Below, in pieces: positions 26,428-35,651 of a stretch of DNA of 64,000 nucleotides. The position numbers and the translations under genes were made by a program. A model generated the notes under the pieces. The model made no database searches. It was not told the DNA's origin and was given only the letters and a program-made list of their open reading frames with translations. Numbering within the stretch: position 1 is the stretch's first letter; each line of letters opens with the position of its first letter. The stretch is from Laetmonice hystrix. Its lineage: Eukaryota. The stretch covers positions 51,710,001-51,774,000 of the forward strand of contig OZ249436.1 of assembly GCA_965235115.1 (NCBI GenBank), in the 5' to 3' direction.

Positions 26428-27458
26428 CCTTTAGTTCTGTCTGAACACTGCTACTTTGGCCCACACTGGACCACATCCGATTTCAATTTTCAGTTGGAGT
26501 CGGCTACGATTGATGTTAGAAACCAATCAGAGAGTAATATTATAGTGGCACAGTACCCAGAAACTATAAAGAAGCTGATGATCATCTGCTACAGAACCTA
26601 GTAGTTGAAATGCACATAGCTAAGATGTAGGTGTCGGGGCACGTGTGTAGTGGTGGTTCTCATTGCTCTGTATGTGTACATTTGGTGACCGCTCATCAAC
26701 TGATTGTGTAGTCTGTGGGTGCTCATAACTTGCATTCACTTATTATCTTATAGTCTCTGAGGGGCATAGCTGACATGCTGCAGAGTCCTTGCTTTACAAT
26801 TGTCCAGGTGTCTGGAGTTAGGCTCCACTCTGGCGAAGGGAGATTCTGTTCATGCTGTTTTGCCAAAAGGCATTTGTGGCTGATACCCACTGGGACCAGA
26901 GGTGTACACACACACACCTGAAGCTGCCCCCTAACTTCAAAAAGATCCTTCTACCAGTTTGCTGGGGGGTTTAGTCAGATTTTACTTCAGAAAAATGCTC
27001 GAGGTTCCGATTATTTGCAAATCAACATGACACATCTTTTCAGTGACAAAACTTGGACCAAGTGAACTATGGAAACCACAGATTTACAGGTATCACCAAA
27101 AGTGGTATTTTAAAGGAGTTTGGTTTGCATGAAAATATTCAAGACTTGCACTAACAAAAGTTAAAGACCGAGGAGCAGGCCACCTTAACCTCACCTCAGG
27201 GGTAAGGGCACCACAGCTGGACTTCATATTTCATTTTTATTGTCAGGCAATGCCATTGGCCGTTGGTCCTGTTCACTTAGGTTACTGAATCAATACATAC
27301 TTATCTGTCGGCTTTGTACGTCTCTGTGTTCTTAAGGATCTTCTAAATAGAGCCAGATTCTTCCTGCTAGGAATAGAAGTTATAACAGAATTTGTTTTAT
27401 CCTGTTGTTTCCACAGCACAGGTGCATTGGTTTTTCAACTAGTCTGCTCCCTGCAAAA

Positions 27459-29730
27459 ATGGCTAATTCCAAACCACAAGCTATTAAAAAAATCTTGACG
27501 GAAGGCATTAAGAAGATGGTATCTTCAATCAAGTTCCACCAACATCTTCAACTTGAAATGCTCATGGTTGTCACATTTGACAACGAAGAAGCCATTGTGT
27601 GTAACATAAATGAGAAATTCACCCCAGGGAATATGGCTCAGAAGAAGACGCCTTCCAAGGCTAATCCTGTTCAGGGTCAGTCTGTACTAAAGCAGGAACC
27701 AGACACTAGCAATATCTCAGCACAGTGTGAGGTGACTCCAAAATCAAGTGGAGTGAAACAGTCAGAAGACAAGCCAACAGACGATGACGATAGAAGTGGT
27801 CCCTCAAGTGATCCACCATTAGAGCCAGGCAGCATGAGAACAAGTGCACAAGCACGTCCAGTATTGCAAGGTGCACCATTACCTGTCTCACATGAAACTT
27901 TCCCCATCTTAATCCACCGAGTCCGTGTTCACACCATAGGTGCCAGTAATAAGGGCAACAAGGCTGTGACAGAGGCACCAAAATCCTTGAACTCTAAAGT
28001 AACAGATATGGAGGCCACAGAATTAGATGTTGAAGCACCATATAATGGGACTGAAGATGTCAAAGGTCCTGACATGATAGAAGAAGTAACTCCATTAAGT
28101 GAGGTGGAAGTGAAGAAGGAAATGTCAGAAAGTGACGATATAGATGCTATGGATGGCAGTGGCTCTACATCGTCTTGGGTCGACCCTGCAAGTTATGGAT
28201 CCTTGACAAGTGTGGCACCACAGTTGTTGGATCAGGAACTACCAGATCTTGAGCCAGAATCAAGGGTAAGTTCAGATTGGAGTGCTATGTAAAACATGAG
28301 AATTACTAAATTGAGAATAAGGACAAGTGGTTCTGCTGTCTTGGTCATATATATACATGTATGTATGAAGCCTGGGAGAATGATTACAGTGTAATGTAGG
28401 CCTATAGAGTAATGTATGCCTATAACAGCACCTTGGGCGCTAAACATCATGGGTTATTCCTGGTGCCCCTCGAAAGAATAGCAAGGTATGGTTAATCCTG
28501 AACAAGTCAGTAGGGGGAGTTTAAGGATTTAAAAAGGGGACAGGGTGCACGTGAAGGAGGTCACCTGTTGATTGTGTGTTTATCTGAAATCTGCTTATAC
28601 GTACTGCATTGAATTTTGATAAGCGAACTGAGACCAAATTAGATTTTTGGGAAACACAGTAGATAGCTTTGGCCCAAACCACATTTCTTTGTTTTCTTGC
28701 ATACTTCTGTTTAAGCATACTTCTGTTTGAGCATGTTTTTGAAATGTTGGTAAACATTTTTTTGGTGTTTGTTGGTAAACACCATTTTTTTGGTGTTTGT
28801 TGGTAAACAGAAAACTACCTGGTTCTGATCACTTTTTCCCTTCAATATTTTCAGTTTGATGAGGATTCGGCCAGTTCCGTAGATGGCAGTTTATCCAACA
28901 TAATGCAGAGTGAGGATCCACCTAAAGTTTTAACTGTTACAAGCACCGACTCCCAGCCCAGACCACTGTCTCCACCGGTCGGCCCCCCTTATTACTGCCG
29001 CTTCTGTAAGAAGTTTTATAAGAAGAGAAAGTCTGTGATAGTGCATGAAAGGAAGCACACAGGGGAGAGACCGTTTGAATGCCATATCTGTGGCAAGGCC
29101 TTCCCTGTCAAAACCAGCCTCAACGCACACCTCAAAATACACAGTGGCATTAGGCCATATGCTTGCCATCTGTGTGAAAAGACGTTCCGGATGAAGGGCA
29201 ACCTGCAATCACACATCAAGGTGCACACTGATGAACGACCATTCAAGTGTCAAGAATGTGAACGGCGCTTCCGCCATCAGACATCCCTCAAGTCCCATCA
29301 AAGGACCCACACCAATGAAAAACACCTGAAGTGTAGACTGTGCGATGCAACTTTTGCCCGTCATGAGATGCTGAACAAGCATGAGTTGACACACCAGGGA
29401 GAGAAACAGTTTCTCTGTCCCCAGTGTGGGAAACGGTTCTGGGTTAGCCGGGACTTGACAATTCACTTAAAAACTCAGTGTCCACAGTGCTTTGAGAAAT
29501 TCACCAAGGTGAGCTCTCTGAAGAGGCATGTTGAGGCTCACACTGGGGCCAAGAATTTTATGTGTGATATTTGTGGGAAGGTGTTTACGAGGGCCCACCA
29601 GGTGACCATCCACATGAAGAGCCACTTTGGGGAGGACCCTTTTCACTGTCAGATTTGTCAAGCTGGATTCAAATCTCGGTCGTTACTAAGTAAGCATGTC
29701 AGTCAGCATCAAGCCGATCTTCAGGTATAA
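27459..29730 (+). CDS. C2H2 zinc-finger protein, paralogue 4 (~560 aa; finger 6/7 linker deleted, tail shortened)
   Basis: Exons 27459-28265 and 28855-29730. An in-frame 21-nt deletion near 29475 removes HLGEKPF. TAA at 29728-29730 replaces the codon that is CAC/TAC/TGC in the paralogues. Confidence 0.88.
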
Positions 29731-30135
29731 CCTGAATAAGGAACAGACTATCAAAACCAAATATTATGTGAGCATTTTGTTTAAATATTATATGCATGTA
29801 CATACAATGTACTAGTGTTGTCATGCCGTCATGGTTTGTACTGCATAGTGTTTGTGTAAGTGTATTTAGGAAATACTAGAAAGGATTGATTAGGTATGTG
29901 TTCTTTAATTTTCACTACTAGGGCTACATCTCAGTAGTGTCACTACACACATGTACTAGCACAGGAATAACCCAATAAAGTCATACTTATTGGTACATGT
30001 ATATGTATGCATTTACTTATTGATATGGATGTTAAAACAGCATATAAATCGATTTTAACAATAATGATATCATATAGATTTCTTATATTCGTATCATTAT
30101 GAAGTAGGCCCTTACCTTTTAGGCAGCTTTATTGG

Positions 30136-31755
30136 TCAATGGGGATTATTTAGGTAAAATTGTATTTCATGGTGTATATGGCTGGGCGTTATATACAAAC
30201 AACCGTCTTTTATTGCCATTCCTATATAATGCTGACCGAGAATAGTTGCTAGGTTACGGAAAGATAGGCTGACGCGGGAAAATTGTTGGTGACACAGCCA
30301 TGGGAAGTATCCGTAGAAACAAAGCCAGAAATGAGGTTCCATTTCACAAAGTCCCTCAACTACCAAAGTCTTTGGTTTAGCAAAAAGTATGTTGGACAAC
30401 CCCGCGCCATGGGGAGCAATGATAATTTTTGACCGGTGAAAGAGTTCAATATAACTCGCTAAGTCTGGTGCTGGGTCGTCTCGGAACACAGCTACTTTGT
30501 AGCCAAGTGGAACAACGAATTTATTTAGCATGCGCACGATGCCGTCATGGTAACGGAACTGACGTCCAGACGACGACCGGCGAATGACAACGACTGTATC
30601 CTGTTTGATGGGGCCCAGTTTGGCGTGGAGTCTTTGTCTAAAGATGGCGGCCATGACCTGTGTGTTAAAGATGGGAGGGCGGCCACACGTCGTCCCAGCA
30701 GGAAGGTAGACGATTCTCCCTCGCAGAGGACCCCACACCAATCTGTCGGAACTGATCCCTACATACTGTAACATGGTTTCATGGAAGCCTGCTTTGGTGA
30801 CATGAATCTTTATGTGAGGATTTTCCTTGAGAAACCCGAGATAAGGTGCTATTTTTGGTAGGTCTTCAATGGTGTTGTGATAGTACCAGACCATGGTTTG
30901 CTGTGTGATGGTGAAAACCTCATCGTATATTGGCAAGTCGTCCGGGTTGTCTGGTAGCTGGGGTCTGTACCAGGGATGGGAGCAGCGCTGGCCCTTGATT
31001 CCTAACTTGCCAGAAAACACTTCCCCGTGAGCTGTTACTACACCGTTCTGAATCACGTTAATGAAGGTCAAAATAATCTCGTTTGACAAATGACCCGTTG
31101 GAAGTGGGGCCGATGGAGTGAGTTTAAAGGGAAGTCCTAAACTGAGCATTGTCCTATCAACTGGTTTAGGAACAAGAGTTTTTTGCTTTTCAGTGAGGCA
31201 CGATTTGTTTAGCAGTGTATCTCCTTCAGCATAAATTGCCCTGTTTTTAGCCGTCATGATTTTGCATGCATAGGAACTTCCACCGTAATCAAAGTATTCT
31301 CTAACAGGTAAGAGCGCCGCTAACGAGCTAAAGTTGGCTGTTAGAAAAAGGACATGCACCTGTGCATGGTCTTTTAGTTTTGTGAAATAATCCTCATCGT
31401 ACCCATCAACTAGGGTCCAGTCTGATTCGGGCGGATTCCACGAATAATTTGCCGATAAAAGACCATATCGCAAACGTCGAAGGTCATTCAAGTATACATC
31501 TAGCACTTGTCGGATCTGCTGCATATCCTGCGAGTTGTAATACTCAAACGGTTGCTTCCAGAACAGGGCCTCTTGGGGGTCGGTATTGGCAGGCTGAGTT
31601 CGACCCTTCACTGTCTGGTTCAGGACGTGTAGGCCTATGTGTTCGTTGAAGAGCAAGCAGAGTGTGATGAAACTGACGCAGAGGAACCCGGCGCAGCCAA
31701 AAGTCGCTCGCCGACAACGCCAGACGCCCGCCATCAGCGTTCGGCCGCCCCACAT
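30136..31755 (-). CDS. Glycosyltransferase family 61 (DUF563-like) type II membrane protein, ~539 aa
   Basis: Uninterrupted ORF. Basic N-terminus then a hydrophobic signal anchor (FGCAGFLCVSFITLCLLF). YYHNTIEDLPKI motif and C-terminal IELFHRSKIIIAPHGAGLSNILFAKPKTLVVE match the GT61 HGAGLxN signature. First ATG at 31755; upstream acceptor TTTTATTCTAG| at ~31797; AATAAA on - strand at 30128-30133. Confidence 0.88.
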   Translation of the reverse strand: MWGGRTLMAGVWRCRRATFGCAGFLCVSFITLCLLFNEHIGLHVLNQTVKGRTQPANTDPQEALFWKQPFEYYNSQDMQQIRQVLDVYLNDLRRLRYGLLSANYSWNPPESDWTLVDGYDEDYFTKLKDHAQVHVLFLTANFSSLAALLPVREYFDYGGSSYACKIMTAKNRAIYAEGDTLLNKSCLTEKQKTLVPKPVDRTMLSLGLPFKLTPSAPLPTGHLSNEIILTFINVIQNGVVTAHGEVFSGKLGIKGQRCSHPWYRPQLPDNPDDLPIYDEVFTITQQTMVWYYHNTIEDLPKIAPYLGFLKENPHIKIHVTKAGFHETMLQYVGISSDRLVWGPLRGRIVYLPAGTTCGRPPIFNTQVMAAIFRQRLHAKLGPIKQDTVVVIRRSSSGRQFRYHDGIVRMLNKFVVPLGYKVAVFRDDPAPDLASYIELFHRSKIIIAPHGAGLSNILFAKPKTLVVEGLCEMEPHFWLCFYGYFPWLCHQQFSRVSLSFRNLATILGQHYIGMAIKDGCLYITPSHIHHEIQFYLNNPH

Positions 31756-32041
31756 CACGTGACCTTGCCGACCTGTCGCCAGGTATTCCGCTATCGTCTA
31801 GAATAAAAGTACATTTGTAAAAGGTTCTTGTCACGACATAAATTCTATTCTGGTGCATAACAAATCCATAGTTATATATAGCCACGAGTCGCAAGACAAA
31901 ACAAACAACATATATTTAATAATTTACAGGCCTAATACCTGTGACTTAGTCTAGGGTAAAACAAAAACAAGAAAAGCTAGGCCCCTACTTGTAAAGATAT
32001 AAATCCCATTGAAGTAAAGTCAACATATCCACGTGAATTAT

Positions 32042-32292
32042 CAGTGGCGGATCCAGGATTTCAGAAAAGGGGGGCCCAACTTTTGTTGGATAATCGGTGG
32101 CCCATTTTCGGAGGGTCTGGGGGCCCTCCCCAAAACATGTTTTTTGAACATGTAGTTGTAGAGTAGAAATTTCTCCCAAATTCTTTAACGAAATTCCATT
32201 ATTTTTAAGCATGAAACATAAAAAAAATACCCAAGATTTTGGAAAATAGGGGGGGGGGGCGGGAACGGGTGGGCCCCCTGGATCCGCTACTG
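32042..32292. mobile_element. MITE with CAGTGGCGGATCCAGG termini
   Basis: ATTAT|CAGTGGCGGATCCAGG...CCTGGATCCGCTACTG|ATTAT (5-bp TSD). Confidence 0.8.
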
Positions 32293-33191
32293 ATTATAGG
32301 CTGTATTTGGCTCCAAAAAATGGATAGCGTCCATTTATCAATACGTGTAGCTATTGTGCTTCGAGACGCATTAGGAATGTTTACTGGTCGTAACTATTAA
32401 TGTTTCGACCCATTGCACAAGTTGACAGATAAATGACCTCGACTCGCAAGGTTTAAATTTAGGATAGGAAACATGAAACATCCTTCAACGGATGCGTTCA
32501 GGAGAAGGGTTAGGGGAAGGATTTGCCGGGGGGGGGGCAATTCAGAAAGTTCTAGGCCTACATAGAACATATGGGAGGAAAAAGAAAAATTGGTTGGCAA
32601 GGGGTGGGGGTGGGTTAACCCCGGGGGTGGGTTAACCCCTCTCCCTTCCCCCGATCCACCACTGCATATAGGGCTCGCAGTGTTAACATTAGGCTACATT
32701 AGGCCTACTACCTACGCTAAAGGCTGAGTGTTACCACAATGTCAAGGCCGTTTCCATATCACACTGCAGAAGATCTACTATGTTCTCCTGATGATGATTT
32801 TTCGAGTAGTTGCCCCATCACCGCAGGAGTCGGGGCTGAGAACGGCGTGTCGGGGTAGGCGATTGACGATGGGTGCACTATAGTTCGGGAAGAGTTGAAT
32901 AATAGACTGCCAGGGTTAGAGAGAGAGAGGGGGTCTGTATTCCTGCCCTGGCCAGTTCCCGAGAGACCCCCCCCCCCCTCTCTCTCTCTCATGCTGACCC
33001 TATAGGCCTACAGTAGGCTAAATAGGGTCGACTTCAGCACCACTGCACTGGCCAAAGGTTATGATAAGCTGGAGAGTCGCTGTCCATGCAAACAAGCATG
33101 ACGTTCACCCCGCCCTGGACGAATACTCCCCCGCGTTCCGGGCCCGACCCCCCAGTGAATTCAAAAAACTAGATTTTTAGTATAGCAAACC

Positions 33192-33333
33192 CAGGGCCGT
33201 GCCCAGAGATTGGTGCAGGGGGGGGGGGGTTACTGGTACAGGGGAGGGGGGTTACCTAAAAAACCTAAAAATAAAAAACTCTTTGGCACTCAGGGGGGTT
33301 ACAGACACCCCCCCCCCCCTGGGCACGGCCCTG
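33192..33333. mobile_element. MITE with CAGGGCCGTGCCCAG termini
   Basis: AAACC|CAGGGCCGTGCCCAG...CTGGGCACGGCCCTG|AAACC (5-bp TSD). Confidence 0.82.
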
Positions 33334-33825
33334 AAACCTATGCGAGCAAGATCTCGGTGGCATCCATAAATGTCAAAATTATGCTATCCACCTTGACCGA
33401 ATCCTTGGCTATATATGGCCCACGTCCGTAAGGTGTATATCTACACTTACAGCAATAGAGGCGGTGTGTCTACTGATCCGTAACGTGCTTGCATTTGCCA
33501 GCAGACCGTGTTTAGAACTGCTGGGGGTGTAGACAATAGAAAGCGGTCACGACGTAGGACATCAGACCACGCAGGTAGGGGTTGTGGTTTAAAATATGTC
33601 CGTATATATGCACCTGCCTGTTCTCTGGGTCCAGCTTTGTCTGCCCAGCCCCAACACGCCACACGGCAGTCAGGGCTGTGTCGCCGATGGCGGTCCTTGT
33701 TTCTCGAGTCTACTGCAGTGGTCAGTCAGAGGACATGGCATATCGCTTCATCTTCTCCTGCTCTCAGTCCTTGCTGCACTCAAACTGAACGTGTGCGCGG
33801 ATTAACCGAAAGCGAAAAATCGATT

Positions 33826-33849
33826 TGCTGCTGCTGCTGCTGCTGCTGT
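33826..33849. repeat. (CTG/CAG)n microsatellite in a GC-rich stretch
   Basis: About seven to eight TGC units. Confidence 0.8.
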
Positions 33850-34677
33850 CGGCTGCCAAGGCTCTGCGCTGGCGGGGTCCCGCCGGCAGCAGTCACAACC
33901 CATCACAGACAGCTATTGGCCTCCTACTGTCGGTCCCGGACTTTATTTCCCGCCCGTCTGCATCATGTCTAGGCCATCATGTCAATCACGTCTGGGTCGC
34001 CCGACAAAGCAAATTATACAGACTTAAAATTGGGGCAGTGTGGATCCTATTTAGCACCGCTTTCATATTCCATTCCCTGACAGATAGAAAACATATTAAC
34101 TGATAAGCAATGCTAGGCATCCATGTACGCGATATGCGTCGACGATAAGCGTAGCCTATCCCGTTTTACACCACATCCGCGTTCGGCGTCATCCGGGCGG
34201 CCGTAGATCTAGTCTATAGCTTAATAATTTATAGTTAAATTATGATACCTTGATACTCGTTAAAAACGGATCAAACTGTTCTCTTCAAGTTGAAGTGCAC
34301 CCGAGCGCGTGGTTCTATATTGGTCAGGGAACCCACAGGAATCCCCATCCCACTTTCCATTAGGCCTATATGGTGCGAGCGATCGCTTGATGCGCACGCT
34401 GACTGTGACGCCTCACGCTTATATATGGATCGTGGCACATAGAAAACAATACGTTTCACGCGCACGCTGAACGCCTGACATCGACGCATATCACCGATGA
34501 CAAGCTTTATACTAAATCTGCAAAAGCTATAATACCGAGGATGATGCTTCTACATTTAAGAAGTGCAAGCTCAGATAATCATAGCCTGTCCGAAAACCCC
34601 CAAAAATGTCGAACTGGTTGCCTTCGTGTTACTCAACATGATGGCACCTAGCTTAGGCTATATTTGTTGGCCTTCTG

Positions 34678-34824
34678 GGGCCTGTTTCACTAACGGTGAC
34701 ATCCCCGGGACATCCCTGATTTGGGGACATCCCCACTCAAAGTGTTCCACTAACATGTCCCTCCCTGGGGGCATCCTCGTGGATGTCCCCACTTGGGGAT
34801 GTCCTCGCTTAGTGAAACGGGCCC
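34678..34824. mobile_element. MITE, PIF/Harbinger-like
   Basis: CTG|GGGCCTGTTTCACTAA...TTAGTGAAACGGGCCC|CTG with internal GGGACATCCC repeats. Confidence 0.8.
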
Positions 34825-35331
34825 CTGGGGTTTGTACGGGAGACTGGTCACTTTATTAGGCACCCCGGTTCATATAGGCTACCAGTATCAGTGAAGTAGG
34901 CATTCCGATATAGAGGAGTCTAGTTCTAAGTACAGGTCTACATATTCAACGCATGTGTTTCGATTATTATAACGGGGCCTAAATGCTAACTATGACAGAG
35001 TAGGCCTATAGACCGACGAAAACAGTAAGTAATACATAACCCTTTTGATTTGTAGGAGGAAACTTTATTTTGATGGTACAATGATGGTCTATATGAATGC
35101 ACCCAGGATGCATGTCACCCACTGAACAAGGTCAATTCAGTTCCTTCTCAAGGCGTACAAAATCTCCGGGTTTCCTCCTATAGACTAGAACTGCAGCAGT
35201 AACGTGTATACACATGCCTGTATGTTTCTGGCACCAAACACTGCCTACACCCAGTGACATTTTCAGGATATCTACTTAGTTGCCCATGGAACATTTATCT
35301 CAGCCGGTTCGCCGTTTGATTTGGTTTCTGT

Positions 35332-35651
35332 TTACGGTACAGTGGACAGAACACCCGTTCTTGGATCGTAGTCGACAATGGGCTGATCCCTGTCGGCAGT
35401 CCTCGATTGAGGGTCGGTGAATGGCACGAGTACATCGCTCTCAGTGAGAGGGCTATCTTCGCGCAATCTTCTCATGAATTCATCATTGCGACGCGACTGT
35501 CGCAATTTGACGACGTAAACGGAGACGACGACGACGGCGATCAAACAGATTCCTACCAGAGCGAACATCGAGAAAATCACAGGCGGACTGTACAGGCCGT
35601 ATCCATTGCCTGATCCGGTCCAGTCCGACTCGCTCGATGCTGCCACTCGAA
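35332..35651 (-). CDS. Terminal exon of the collagen gene: transmembrane helix and cytoplasmic tail
   Basis: Acceptor TTTTCCCCTAG|, phase 1. [24 protein letters not shown] is followed by KLRQSRR (positive-inside rule). An AATAAA lies on the - strand at ~35064-35069. Confidence 0.85.

Noticed and set aside
6818..29661. Recurrent - strand ORFs over the ZNF exons (e.g. 7981-8697)
   Set aside because: Antisense shadows, broken at different places among paralogues.
6571..29730. PRDM9 or KRAB-ZFP orthology
   Set aside because: No PR/SET, KRAB or SSXRD sequence is visible, and fingers within an array are not minisatellite-like copies; only the evolutionary pattern is analogous.
30136..31755. Gene symbol EOGT or POMGNT2; retrogene/HGT origin
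   Set aside because: Only the family motif is recognisable, with no ER-retention tail or FnIII domain. An upstream splice acceptor exists, and a single coding exon alone does not show retroposition.
33508..34103. ORFs with poly-Cys/poly-Leu
   Set aside because: Products of a CTG microsatellite in a GC-rich region; more likely UTR or promoter sequence (perhaps of GT61), which I cannot establish.
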